NCBI GenBank assembly: GCA_963815195.1
Contig: CAWFGE010000017.1
Location: 64,001-128,000 of the forward strand
Direction: 5' to 3'
Length of the DNA: 64,000 nt
Origin: an uncultured Planctomycetaceae bacterium
Lineage (GTDB): Bacteria > Planctomycetota > Planctomycetia > Planctomycetales > Planctomycetaceae
Shown here: positions 52,987-63,421 of the stretch, piece after piece
How the letters are laid out: the number at the start of each line of letters is the position of its first letter
Position numbering within the stretch: the stretch's first letter is position 1
Made by a program: the position numbers and the translations under genes
Notes under the pieces: generated by a model
Databases searched by the model: none
Seen by the model: the letters and a program-made list of their open reading frames with translations, nothing else
Told to the model about the DNA's origin: nothing

Positions 52987-54375
52987 TCATTCGCCGAGCG
53001 TGGATTTGCGGCGGAGCAGATGATGGTAGTGCTGGGCGAAGCGGTGGGCTTCGTCGCGGACATATTGTAAAAGCCTGAGCCCGAACGAATGCCGGCTGAG
53101 GCGGATCGGCTCTTCCTCGCCCGGCACGTAAACCTCTTCCTCACGCTTGGCGAGGGAAATCGTAAACGGCGGGTTTTCGATGCCGAGGATCCGCATGGCT
53201 TCGAGAGCCGCGCTCAATTGGCCTTTGCCGCCGTCGATCAAAAGCACGTCGGGGAAAGGCTGGCCGTCGTGCTCCAATCTGCGCAGCCGCCTGCTGACGA
53301 CTTCCCGCATCGAAGCAAAATCGTCCACGCCTTCGACGGTGCGGATTTGATACCGGCGATAGCCATGCTTGAACGGCAGCCCATCGATGAATTGCACCAG
53401 GCTCGCCACGGTTTCGCCGCCCTGCAGATGGGCGATGTCCATGCCTTCGATCACGCGGGGGACCTCGGGCAGCTTGAAAACTTTCTTGAGGCCCGCCAAA
53501 CCTTTTTTGGGATCGACGTAAAACGCCTCCGGCTGGGCGTGGTCTTCCAAGTTGCCGCGGAGGTTCAGACTTTCCAAAAGGGCGATCTCGTCGCGGATGC
53601 GGGCGGCTTTTTCGAATTTCCGTTCCGCCGACGCCTCCTGCATCTCGGCCCGCATCTCGCGGAGGAGCTTGTCCTTCTTCCCGTCCAAAAACATCCGCAG
53701 GCGTTTGATGTCCTTCTTGTAGTCTTCCTTGCTGATCCGCAGATTGCACGGGGCGGTGCACTGGTTGATGCTCGCGAGCAGACACGGACGAAACCACCGC
53801 CAGCGCTCGTCGCCTTCGTCGATGTCCAGCGAGCAATTGCGGAACCGGAAAATCTTTTGGAGGATCGCGATCGTGCCGCGGAGTTTTTTCGCGCTCGTGA
53901 ACGGCCCGTAAAGTTTGACGCCTTTCTGAAGTGGCGTGCGGGTGAACTCCACGCGCGGAAAGTCCTCCCCCGTGCGGATTTGCAAGTAGGGGAAGGTCTT
54001 GTCGTCTTTGAGTTCCTGATTGAACCGCGGCTGGATGTCTTTGACGAGCCGGGCTTCCAACAGGAGAGCATCGACTTCGCTGTCGGTGTCGATGTGGTCG
54101 ATGTGATGGATTTCCCGAACCAGATCCGCCGTCCGCCGGTCTTCCGCCGCCTGTTGCGAAAAGTAACTCGACACCCGGCTGCGGAGGTTCACCGCCTTGC
54201 CGATATAAATCACCCGGTCGAGCGCGTCTTTCATCAGATACACGCCAGGCGTCGTGGGAAGCTGCTTCGCTTGCTCCGCCGGCGTCAGCGGTCCGGCGGC
54301 GCGGGCTGCACCTTCGGCCGCGCTGTGAGCCTGTTCTCCTCCATCCGTGATCGTTTCGGAGGAATCATCCGCCAT
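52987..54375 (-). CDS. uvrC: excinuclease ABC subunit C-like (short form)
   Basis: PGVYLM..IYIGKA GIY-YIG domain, Cys cluster, FEKAARIRD UVR domain, DGGKGQ, RDEAHRFA. Confidence 0.9.
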   Translation of the reverse strand: MADDSSETITDGGEQAHSAAEGAARAAGPLTPAEQAKQLPTTPGVYLMKDALDRVIYIGKAVNLRSRVSSYFSQQAAEDRRTADLVREIHHIDHIDTDSEVDALLLEARLVKDIQPRFNQELKDDKTFPYLQIRTGEDFPRVEFTRTPLQKGVKLYGPFTSAKKLRGTIAILQKIFRFRNCSLDIDEGDERWRWFRPCLLASINQCTAPCNLRISKEDYKKDIKRLRMFLDGKKDKLLREMRAEMQEASAERKFEKAARIRDEIALLESLNLRGNLEDHAQPEAFYVDPKKGLAGLKKVFKLPEVPRVIEGMDIAHLQGGETVASLVQFIDGLPFKHGYRRYQIRTVEGVDDFASMREVVSRRLRRLEHDGQPFPDVLLIDGGKGQLSAALEAMRILGIENPPFTISLAKREEEVYVPGEEEPIRLSRHSFGLRLLQYVRDEAHRFAQHYHHLLRRKSTLGE

Positions 54376-54529
54376 GATGCGACCTCAAGCCGTTCACCTG
54401 TTGCATGCAAAAACTCTTCATCAGTTCATTCTAGGCGGCAGGCTTGGGGAAATCATCCCCCCTTGGAGTTTCGCGGACCGCATCGCAGCCGAATCGCGGG
54501 AGCCATGCCGCTGGTTTCAAACCAACCAG

Positions 54530-54847
54530 CCCGGCCATTTGGAAATGGACGGGCACCGCGTCTCGGTGGCCTTCGATGGGAAGTCGGGGCTGGAATGCGT
54601 TCTCAGGGAACAGCCGGATCTTGCCATCATGGACATCGGGATTCCCGAACTCAACGGCGACGAAGTCGCCAAGCAAGTGCGAAAGCACGACGCCGGCAAA
54701 GACATTTTCCTGGTGGCTCTCACCGGATACGGCCAACCGGCCGACGTGACGCGAGCCAAGGAATCCGGGTTCAACGCCCATCTGGTCAAACCCTTGGACC
54801 TCACGCGGCTCCGCGAACTGCTTTCAAAGCCGCAAGCGAATCTTTGA
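54530..54847 (+). pseudogene. receiver domain lacking its N-terminal acidic strand (remnant or atypical)
   Basis: LEMDGHRV..PDLAIMDIGIPELNG..VALTGYG..HLVKP; no ILVVDD-like segment recognisable upstream. Confidence 0.55.
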
Positions 54848-54884
54848 GAAAGCCGGCGTGCCCGCGAATCCCGGCAACCGACTT

Positions 54885-55313
54885 TCACGAACCCGCGGGC
54901 TTCCCAGAACCGCGTTGGAATTGCGGGAGCACTTCCGCGAGGCGTTGGACCTGGCCTTCGTTGTTGACGCAGGCGAGGACGGTGCGGCCTTGGGCCAACA
55001 CTTCGCCGTCGCGGAGGACGGTGTGCTCGAATTCGATCTTGGCCGGCGACTGTTTGCCGACGGCCGTGCGGATGGTCAACAGGTCGTCGAAGCGGGCGGG
55101 GGTTTTGTAATCGCATTCCACGCGGATCACGACGAGGTAGAGGCCGTTTTCCTCCATCTCGCGGTAGCTGCCGCCTTGGGCGCGGAGCAGTTCCGTGCGG
55201 CCCAGCTCGAACAGGTCGATGTGGTTTCCATGATGCAAATAGCCCATCGCATCGGTTTCGCTGTACCGGACCCGGACCGTGATGTCGTGGCTTTGGGGAA
55301 GCTCGGCGGACAT
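54885..55313 (-). CDS. YbgC/4HBT-like acyl-CoA thioesterase
   Basis: VRYSETDAMGYLHHGN, FELGRTE, YKTPARFDD. Confidence 0.92.
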   Translation of the reverse strand: MSAELPQSHDITVRVRYSETDAMGYLHHGNHIDLFELGRTELLRAQGGSYREMEENGLYLVVIRVECDYKTPARFDDLLTIRTAVGKQSPAKIEFEHTVLRDGEVLAQGRTVLACVNNEGQVQRLAEVLPQFQRGSGKPAGS

Positions 55314-55797
55314 GTTTCTGTGATCTCCTTAAACGGGAAGCTCCTATGGTTTGAACCGCGGACCACGCGGATTTTCGCGGATGTCCAAGGGAACCGCCAT
55401 TCAAATTGGCTTCACAATTATTTTGCTGGAAAACGAGGCGGAAACCGCTTCGTTTTATTCGCGGCCTCCGCGAAATCCGCGGTTTGGTTCAGTCTTCGCC
55501 GGACTGCCCACAACGGGGGTGGACCTGGATTTTGGACGAGGACCGGTTCGGCATGATTGAAACCCGACCCCACAGCGCCTACTCTGTAGGGAATGTGGAT
55601 TGGTTACCTTATGAAATTCAAACACCAATGCGGGAACCCAAACTCGACCCAAGCCCCCGGCTTGCCGGGCGGTCCGACGCCAGAGGCGTCGGCTTGGGCT
55701 GAGAAACCCGTTCAATATTTGTGAAATGGACCACATAGACGGTCGCGATTTCGCGCGAAAATGTCAATTTCCACGGCCCCATTCGGGAGAGAGTGAC

Positions 55798-57045
55798 GTG
55801 CGATTGTTTTCGATTTCCCGCTCGGCGAAGCTGCTCGTTCCGCTCCTGGTGCTTTTGCTGGCTGCGTCGGAGGGGCGGGCCTGCTCTGTGCCGGTGTTCC
55901 GGTATGCTTTGGAGCAATGGCGGTCGGATCCCTATCAGGTGCTGTTCTTCCACCGGGGGGCTTTGTCGCCCGAAGATCAAGCCCTCTTGGATCGCTTGAG
56001 CCCCGCCGGCAAAGCGGGCGAGATCTCGGCGAACGTCACCGTGATCCCCATTGACTTGGACGCCCTCAGCCCGACCGATCCGCAGGGCAAGGAAGACCTG
56101 GCGTTGTGGAAGTCGCAGAATACCGAGACGCTGCCTTGGCTGGTGATGCGGTATCCGTTGTCGATCCGCATCGCCAAGACCATCTGGGCCGGCGAAGCGA
56201 CGGAGGAAGCGATCGACCGTTTGCTCGATTCCCCCAAGCGGCGGGAAATCGCCCGGCGGATTTTGAAAGGCGACACGGCGGTGTGGATGCTCTTGGAAAG
56301 CGGAAACGAAGAAGCCGATGCCGCGGCTTATCTTACGCTCGAAAACGAACTGAAGTTCGCCGAGAAGAGTTTGCAGCTTCCGGCGGCCGACCCCAAGGAC
56401 GTGGCGGATGGATTGATCAGCGTCGATCAGGCCGCCCTCAAAATCCGGTTTTCGATTTTGAAAGTCTCGAAAAAAGACCCGCAGGAAGCCCGGTTCGTGG
56501 AGATGCTTCTGGACAGCGAACCGGAACTTCCCGACCTGCCGAGTTTGCGGAGCGAAATCGACAAGGGGAAGCCGATCGCGTTTCCCATCTTCGGCCGCGG
56601 GCGGGCGCTCTATGCTTTGGTGGGCGAGGGCATCGCCAAGGGTGAGATTTCGGCGGCGTGCGAAAGCCTGACCGGGCCCTGCACCTGCCAGATCAAGCAG
56701 CGAAACCCCGGCACGGATTTGCTCTTGGCGGCGGATTGGGAGCATCTGGTGACGTCGAAAACTCCCGTCGATGAATCTCTGCCGCCGCTCCCGGTGTTCG
56801 CCCCGGTGTCGGCAAGCGTGACGAAAGACCTGCCCTCCAAAACGAAACCCGATTCCGAAAAAACTCAAACGGAAACCAACGAAGGCAAACCGACGCCCGC
56901 AGAAAAACCTATCTCGGCCACGAGCAAGGCGGCCGAGGAAACACCGCAAGAAGTCGGGTCGCGAGTGGTGATCACCACGGTGCTTTCGTTGTTGGTGGCG
57001 GCGATGGGCATCGGCGTCGCGAGCTTTTTCTTTATGAAATCCTGA
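55798..57045 (+). CDS. exported, C-terminally anchored hypothetical protein
   Basis: Signal peptide then ACSVPVFRYALEQW; FGRGR; CESLTGPCTCQIK; C-terminal TM helix. Confidence 0.75.
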   Translation: MRLFSISRSAKLLVPLLVLLLAASEGRACSVPVFRYALEQWRSDPYQVLFFHRGALSPEDQALLDRLSPAGKAGEISANVTVIPIDLDALSPTDPQGKEDLALWKSQNTETLPWLVMRYPLSIRIAKTIWAGEATEEAIDRLLDSPKRREIARRILKGDTAVWMLLESGNEEADAAAYLTLENELKFAEKSLQLPAADPKDVADGLISVDQAALKIRFSILKVSKKDPQEARFVEMLLDSEPELPDLPSLRSEIDKGKPIAFPIFGRGRALYALVGEGIAKGEISAACESLTGPCTCQIKQRNPGTDLLLAADWEHLVTSKTPVDESLPPLPVFAPVSASVTKDLPSKTKPDSEKTQTETNEGKPTPAEKPISATSKAAEETPQEVGSRVVITTVLSLLVAAMGIGVASFFFMKS

Positions 57046-57087
57046 CTTCTCCCCTACAGAATCCTCATAGATAACGAGGCGACTTCC

Positions 57088-58421
57088 ATGAGCATTTGGC
57101 GAATGATTTGGCAAGAAATTGCCCACCGCAAGCTGAATTTCGTGTTGGGGTTGTTCTCCGTGGTCGTGGCGATTGCCACCTTGGCGGGCGTGCTGACCCT
57201 GCTCGACGCCGACAAACTGAAGGCGGACGAAGCCCGCGCGCAGCTCGCCGCCACCGGCAAGGATCTCGACAAGACCAGCGCGGAACTGAAGGAAGCCGGC
57301 GCGAAGCTGGAGGACGAGATGCGGAAGATCATGCTCGGCCTGGGCTTCAATATCTTGATCCTCAGCCAGGATGAAGACCTGCACGCGATGAACCTCACCG
57401 GCGTGCCGCAGAAAACCTTCCACGAGGAAAACGTCGATCGGCTCGTGAACTCGGACCTGCTCATCATCAACCACGTTCTGCCGGTGGTGACGAAGCGGAT
57501 TCCCTGGAAAGAGCAAAACGGTCTCGAAATCCTGCTCACCGGCACGCGCGGCGAAGTGCCGCAGTTGCATCGCAAGATGAAAAAGCCGATGCAGGAGCAA
57601 GTCCCCGCCGGCACGATGATCGTCGGCCATCAGATCGCGGACCATTTGAAGCTGACGAAAGGGCAAAGCGTGAAGCTCATGGGGCGGGATTTCAAAGTCA
57701 CGAAGATTCAAGAGCCCCAAGGCGATGTGCCCGACAGCACGGTGTGGATCAACCTCGAAGAAGCCCAGGACATGCTGGGCATGCAGAACGAAGTCTCCGC
57801 GATCATGGCGCTCGAATGCAATTGCGCCTCGGCGGACCGCGCGGGGAAATCCGCGATGCGGTCGCCAAGGTGTTGCCAGGGACGCAGGTCGTCGAACGCG
57901 GCAGCCAGGCCCTCGCGCGGGCCGCCGCCCGCAATCAGGCCAAAGCCACCGCCGAGAAAAACAAGGAAGCCGCAAAGAAGAACAAAGAAGCCGCCGAGGA
58001 AAACGAGCAAGCGGCGATCGGGAAACTGCAGCAGCACGAAGACCTCGCCGCGGTGTTGACGCCTTTGGTGTTCGTGGCGTGCGGCGTGTGGATCGGGGTC
58101 TTGTCGCTCGCCAACGTTCGGCAGCGGGCCGAGGAAATCGGCATCTTAAGGGCCATCGGCTGGCGGTCCGGCCAGATCATGGGTCTGTTCTTAGGGAAAG
58201 CCATGATCCTGGGTTTGATCGGAGCCGTGTTGGGCTACGGTGCGGGACTGGCGATCACGGCCGCCTTCAGTGGGGGAGCGTGGGATCCCTCCCAACTGTT
58301 TAACTCCGGGCTGCTCGTGAGTGCGCTCTTGCTGGCCCCCGTGCTGTCGGCCATCGCCAGTTGGCTTCCCGCCCTCACCGCCGCCCGCAACGATCCCGCG
58401 GTGATCCTGCAAGGCAATTAG
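57088..58421 (+). CDS. FtsX/MacB-like ABC permease (frameshift ~57843)
   Basis: N-terminal TM helix, periplasmic domain, RQRAEEIGILRAIG, PALTAARNDPAVIL. Confidence 0.88.
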
Positions 58422-58447
58422 GGATTATTATAGGAGCGGTTTGATTC

Positions 58448-59156
58448 ATGCTGTTGGAAATTGAGAATCTTGTAAAAACGTATCGAACTGGTTCGCAGAC
58501 GGTGCGGGCGGTGGATGGGGTTTCGCTGAATGTGGACGGGGGCGAATTTGTCGCGGTGCAGGGGCCGAGCGGGTGCGGAAAGACCACGCTGCTCCTGGTG
58601 GCCGGAGGCGCTGTTGGCTCCCGATTCGGGGACGGTCCGCATTGGAGGCGAGAATCCCTACGAACTCCCCGCCGACCGCCGGGCCCGGTTCCGCGCGAAG
58701 CACGTGGGGTTCGTGTTTCAGCAGTTTCACCTCGTGCCCTATTTGAACGTCTTGGACAATGTGCTGGCCCCGTCGCTGGCGGCGGACGCGTCAACGCCCC
58801 AAGACTCCGCGCTTCGCGAACGAGCGGAGGAACTGATCGCGGAGTTTGGCTTGGAATCTCGCAAGCATCACGTCCCCGGCCAATTGAGCACCGGCGAACG
58901 CCAGCGCACGGCCCTCGCACGGGCGCTGCTCAACGGGCCGGCATTGTTGCTCGCGGATGAGCCGACCGGCAATCTCGACCAGGAGAACGCGGCCCTCGTG
59001 CTCGGGCATTTCTCGCGGTTCGCCGAGAACGGCGGAGCCGTGCTGATGGTCACCCACGATCCCGAAGCCGCCAAGACCGCCCACCGCGTGGAAACTATCC
59101 GCGACGGCAAATTGGTCTCGGCTCGGGCGGAAGAACTCGCGAGCCCCGCGGGTTAG
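58448..59156 (+). CDS. ABC ATP-binding protein, LolD/MacB-like (frameshift ~58608)
   Basis: GPSGCGKTT, FVFQQFHL, LSTGERQR, ADEPTGNLD. Confidence 0.92.
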
Positions 59157-60508
59157 GCCGCGTTCCGCCGGGTTGGCTTCGGGAAATCTCGCACGGGCAG
59201 GATCATGGCTTCCGGTTCGGCTTGTCGCTCCTGCCGATGGCTCCGGAGCACGAGCCACAGCACCGCTGCCACGCACCAGGTGGTCATGTAATAGCTGTCG
59301 AGAAGATACGTCGCCTGCTTGCCGATCAATCCGCGATTGAAAAGCAGAATGAACAGCGAAAACATCCCGAGCACTGCCAGGCTCGACCGCGAACAACGCC
59401 GGTGATAAAACGCCTCGCGAATCAAAAAATACACCGCCGGGATCACACCCACGCAGTGCTGTCCCCAAGTCAATGGCGAAAGCAACAAGATCAGCACCGA
59501 AACTGCGGCGGCTTCCCAAAGGAAAACCGTCTCCGTTCGCGACCGGACCGGCCGGCGAAATTGCCAGGCGATCGAAAACACCAGGACCGCAAGCACCACC
59601 CGCACCACCCACCCCGCCGTGTGCGGGGAAAGGTTTAAGAACTCGAAGGCCCAGGGATGCTCGAAGCGGGCGTTGTGGCCCTCGGGCAGATGCACGAGGA
59701 ATCGCCCCAGTGCGGGGCGGAGCGAGACGTTCTGGATGGATTCCTGTCCGAGCACGCCCACGACCGGGTTCTCCGCGAGCAATCCCCGCGACGCATGATG
59801 CCACCACACGCGGTGCACATCAATAAAATCCGCGCGGTCGATGAATAGCAGCGGCGATAAAAACAGAACAGCCGCGGTCAGCAGGGTGGCAGAGGCGATC
59901 TTCCATTGCCGCTTCCACACGAACCACGCCAGAAACAGGGCGGGCGTGAGTTTGAGCGCAATCGCCAGCCCCAACAGGCCGCCGCCCGTCACATCCCGCC
60001 GCTGCCGCCAGCACCAGACGGCTCCCCACGCCAAAGCGACGAGTGCCAGATTCACGCCGCATTCGAGAATGTCGCGGACCAAAAATCGGCTCGCCAAAAA
60101 GATGGTCAGGACCGCGCCCCAGAATACAAAGCGGTCCGGGACGGGCCAGGCTCGTTCGCAGACCCGCCCGAGCACGCGAAACAACCCAAACGCGGCCAAA
60201 ACAAATACCGGCAGAATGCAGATCTGGGCGGTGTGCATCGGCAAGTAGGACAAGGGCGCATGGGCCACCGCCCAGAACGGCAAGTAAGGCAGATCGAGGC
60301 CGTTTTTGTCATACGGGTACATGCCCGCGGCGACGCGCCGGCCGAACCGCCAATGCAGATGGAAATCGCCCCGGGGCTCCGCGACGACTCGGCTCATTTG
60401 GAGCAAAGCCACGAGGCCGATGAGACCCACCGCGACGCGACGCCATTCGCGTTCCGAATATCGGCCGAGGACGTTCCGCAATCGAGTCCACATCATCATC
60501 CTGGCCAC
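59153..60508 (-). CDS. GT87 / DUF2029 membrane glycosyltransferase
   Basis: GDF, YLPFWA, G.VN, LAIALKLTP, SPLTWGQH. Confidence 0.8.
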   Translation of the reverse strand: MARMMMWTRLRNVLGRYSEREWRRVAVGLIGLVALLQMSRVVAEPRGDFHLHWRFGRRVAAGMYPYDKNGLDLPYLPFWAVAHAPLSYLPMHTAQICILPVFVLAAFGLFRVLGRVCERAWPVPDRFVFWGAVLTIFLASRFLVRDILECGVNLALVALAWGAVWCWRQRRDVTGGGLLGLAIALKLTPALFLAWFVWKRQWKIASATLLTAAVLFLSPLLFIDRADFIDVHRVWWHHASRGLLAENPVVGVLGQESIQNVSLRPALGRFLVHLPEGHNARFEHPWAFEFLNLSPHTAGWVVRVVLAVLVFSIAWQFRRPVRSRTETVFLWEAAAVSVLILLLSPLTWGQHCVGVIPAVYFLIREAFYHRRCSRSSLAVLGMFSLFILLFNRGLIGKQATYLLDSYYMTTWCVAAVLWLVLRSHRQERQAEPEAMILPVRDFPKPTRRNAA

Positions 60509-60612
60509 GCGATCTGTAGAGGGTCTCCCGCAAAAAGCCGCGGAACCATACTGGGCGGGGCGAATTCTGTCAAGAAGAGGCGGGCGACGAAATTCCTAGA
60601 AAACTGCCGCTG

Positions 60613-62472
60613 CTACGGCGATGGCTTGTCTCGGCGCACGGTCAGCACGAGACAGGACGGATGCCCGGCGTCGTGGTAAATCGTGTTGAGCGTTTTCTGC
60701 AAATGCGTGTGCCGGCCCAAGTCTTCGCCCGTGTTGGGGTTCACGTCGTACATCGGAAAGTTGCTGCTGGAAAGATCGAGGCGGATGCGGTGCCCTTTGC
60801 GGAAGACGTTCGCCGTCGCCCACAGGTCGATTGTGACCGGATAAACTTCGCCGGGTTCCAGGAGATCCTGATGGTCCCGGCCGTTTCGAAACCGCATCCG
60901 CAGAATGCCGTCTTCGAGATTCATCGCGTAACCCGAGGGAAAATCCGCCGACGGCGGGACCACATCGATCAGCTTCGCCGTGAAGTCGGTGTCCTTGGCT
61001 TCCGAAGACACCCACAGCAAAACGTGGATCGGCCCCGCGACTTCCTGATCGTTTTTTAACGCCGGCGTCTCGAACGTCAGCACATCCTGCCGGGACGAGA
61101 GGGGCAGGATGCTGTCGGCGAAGGGATGCTCCGCGGCCGGGGTCTGGTTTTGTGCGCCGCGGGGAATCAACTTCTTCCCGGAATCGATATTCCCGCCCAA
61201 CGTGGGAACGGGATGCCTCGGATCGAACTCGAAGCGGCTGGGCCCCTCAGATTCCGGCGGTGCCGCGGACAGCGATGCGTCCGCGTGCAGATAAAACTTC
61301 TGTTCGGAGAAGCCGGCGGGCGGCCAGGTCTCGGCGGTCAGCCAGCGGCCGCCTCGTTGCAGCCGGCCGTCTTTGTTTTTTCCGCTGCCGCCGCCCATCA
61401 GAAAATACTTCACCGGCGGCTCCTTCAAGATGCCCCGGTCCTCGCCTTTGAGGAACTGATCGAACCAGCGGAGCGCTTCGTCCTGCACAGAAACCTCGGC
61501 GGCCGGGCCGAAGTCCACGTCCCCGGCATAGGTCAAACCGGACGTGTGCGTCCACGGCCCCATGATGAGTTTTGTGTAGGCCTTCCGTTGAGACAGCCCC
61601 GCAAAGTTCCGCAGCGTGCCCCGCTTGAAGATGTCGTACCAGCCGCCCAAGAAGCAGATCGGAATCTCCGGATAGTCCGCGTGGCACTCCTCGAAGTTGT
61701 AGCCGTTCTGCTTCCAGTATTCATCAGAGTCGGGATGGGCCCGCCAATCGGCGTACCACTCTTGATAGGTGGGCGTAAAGCGGAGCGGCGACGTGCGCTT
61801 CAGCGGTGCCGCCTTCAGCCACGCGGCGAGTTGATTGTCCGCCGTTTCGAGCGAGGTCTTTGTGACGGGGTTCTGTTCCGACTCGTGCCCCGTGGATGCG
61901 AGCCAAAAACAGTAGGCCATATTATGTAAGAGCGCAAATGCCCCGCCGCGGCCGGCCCCGTCTTCGATGTAATTCGACGTGCCGTTGATGACGAACATCG
62001 TCGTGAGGTGCGGCGGGTGCAACACGGCGATCGCGTTCTGCGTCGCGGCTTGGTACGAGCTGCCCCACGTGCCGACCTTCCCGTTGCACCAGGGCTGCTT
62101 CGCGATCCACTCCACGGCGTCGTAGCCGTCGGGTCCTTCGTTGGTGTAGATGTAAAAATCGTCCTCGGACTTGAACCGCCCCCGCACATCCTGAGCGACG
62201 AACACATAACCATGCGAGGAGAAGAAGTTCCCGTCGGCCTCTTTGCCATCTTTGTCGTAAGGCGTGCGGATCAAAATCACCGGCCGCGGCTCCGAAACCG
62301 CTTCGCCGTTTTGAACCGGGCGATAAATGTCCGTCGCCAACTTCACCCCGTCCCGCATGGGCACCATCTGATTCTTGGCGACCACCACCTGCGGCGGCTC
62401 CGCGGCTTCGGCAACGTCGATGAACAATCCCAGCAGAAGCCCCAACACGCTCACGGCCCGAGAATTCTTCAT
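60613..62472 (-). CDS. CocE/NonD family serine hydrolase, secreted
   Basis: MRDGVKLATDIY, RTPY, QDVRGR, GSSY nucleophile, GGWYD, GPWTH. Confidence 0.93.
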   Translation of the reverse strand: MKNSRAVSVLGLLLGLFIDVAEAAEPPQVVVAKNQMVPMRDGVKLATDIYRPVQNGEAVSEPRPVILIRTPYDKDGKEADGNFFSSHGYVFVAQDVRGRFKSEDDFYIYTNEGPDGYDAVEWIAKQPWCNGKVGTWGSSYQAATQNAIAVLHPPHLTTMFVINGTSNYIEDGAGRGGAFALLHNMAYCFWLASTGHESEQNPVTKTSLETADNQLAAWLKAAPLKRTSPLRFTPTYQEWYADWRAHPDSDEYWKQNGYNFEECHADYPEIPICFLGGWYDIFKRGTLRNFAGLSQRKAYTKLIMGPWTHTSGLTYAGDVDFGPAAEVSVQDEALRWFDQFLKGEDRGILKEPPVKYFLMGGGSGKNKDGRLQRGGRWLTAETWPPAGFSEQKFYLHADASLSAAPPESEGPSRFEFDPRHPVPTLGGNIDSGKKLIPRGAQNQTPAAEHPFADSILPLSSRQDVLTFETPALKNDQEVAGPIHVLLWVSSEAKDTDFTAKLIDVVPPSADFPSGYAMNLEDGILRMRFRNGRDHQDLLEPGEVYPVTIDLWATANVFRKGHRIRLDLSSSNFPMYDVNPNTGEDLGRHTHLQKTLNTIYHDAGHPSCLVLTVRRDKPSP

Positions 62473-62526
62473 GAGGAGAGCCTTTCCAAGCAATTTCGTT
62501 CGCCGGTGGGGGACGGGGACGCAGAG

Positions 62527-62597
62527 ATGTGAGCGGCACGGCGCTAGCCGCCGGTGGATCGAGCAAAAACCGGCGGCTAACGCCGTGCCGCTCACAT
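62527..62597. repeat. REPIN-like 29-bp inverted repeat (GTGAGCGG family)
   Basis: ATGTGAGCGGCACGGCGCTAGCCGCCGGT ... ACCGGCGGCTAACGCCGTGCCGCTCACAT; one mismatch. Confidence 0.85.
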
Positions 62598-62640
62598 TGA
62601 CGGTCAGTTTCGTTCACAAACAACGGCCGTGGTCGGTCGC

Positions 62641-63369
62641 TTACTCCATCTCTTTCAACCGCAGATTTTTGAACTCGACCCACATCGGGTTGCCAGCGTG
62701 GAGTTGGACGGCGAGGATGCCTTCGGCGTTGCCGCGGGGGTCGTTGTCCATGCAGTCCATAATCAGCTTGCCGTTCATGTAATGCTGAATGTGATGCCCC
62801 TTGGCGATAATGACCACATCGTTCCATTCGTCGAGCTTGAACAGCTTTTTGAAACCCTCGGCGTCGATGAGCTTCTCGTCCGCGATCGTCTTTTTGCCGT
62901 CGGCGGACCAGGTGGTTTTGTCGCCCACGAGAGCCATCCGGCCGCGCGAGCCTTTCTCATCATAGATGAAGCCGGACACGCTCGGCAGCTTGACTTCGTT
63001 GCGGATCTCGTGCTGATAGCCTTTGACGACCCATTTGTTCTTGGGGTTGTTCTGGTTGACTTGCTGAGAGCGGTATTGGATGCCGGAGTTGTTGGTGTTG
63101 GTCGAGCGGAAAGACAGGCGGAGTTCGAAATCCTTGAGCTTGCCGTCCTGCCAGATGAGGAACGTGTTGCCGTTGGCTTTGTTGTCCTTGGTGGTTTCGC
63201 CGTGGATCGCGCCGTCTTTGACGGACCACAACCGCGGATCGCCGTCCCAACCGGTGAGGTCTTTGCCATTGAAAATGCTCTTAAATCCCGGCTCGACCTT
63301 GGGCTCCTCGGCGGCGAGGGTGTTCAAAGCCAGAAGTGAAACAGCGAGAAAAGTCAAACAACGAATCAT
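62641..63369 (-). CDS. DUF1080 (3-keto-disaccharide hydrolase-like) secreted protein
   Basis: FNGKDLTGW, NSGIQYRS, GYQ, EWN, QLH, FKNL. Confidence 0.92.
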   Translation of the reverse strand: MIRCLTFLAVSLLALNTLAAEEPKVEPGFKSIFNGKDLTGWDGDPRLWSVKDGAIHGETTKDNKANGNTFLIWQDGKLKDFELRLSFRSTNTNNSGIQYRSQQVNQNNPKNKWVVKGYQHEIRNEVKLPSVSGFIYDEKGSRGRMALVGDKTTWSADGKKTIADEKLIDAEGFKKLFKLDEWNDVVIIAKGHHIQHYMNGKLIMDCMDNDPRGNAEGILAVQLHAGNPMWVEFKNLRLKEME

Positions 63370-63421
63370 GAAGAGTCTCCAAATATGTCAGAGGTTAACG
63401 GTACGTTTGTGGTTTTCCAGT

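Noticed and set aside
53089..55110. Long plus-strand ORF of 673 aa (likewise 41106..43616, 55618..57975, 7195..8754, 3491..4972)
   Set aside because: These are antisense shadows of well-supported genes in GC-rich DNA and have no recognisable motifs.
55356..55483. Structured ncRNA upstream of the thioesterase
   Set aside because: Only a short degenerate inverted repeat (CGCGGATTTTCGCGGA / TCCGCGAAATCCGCG) typical of dispersed repeats; no RNA family motif recognised.
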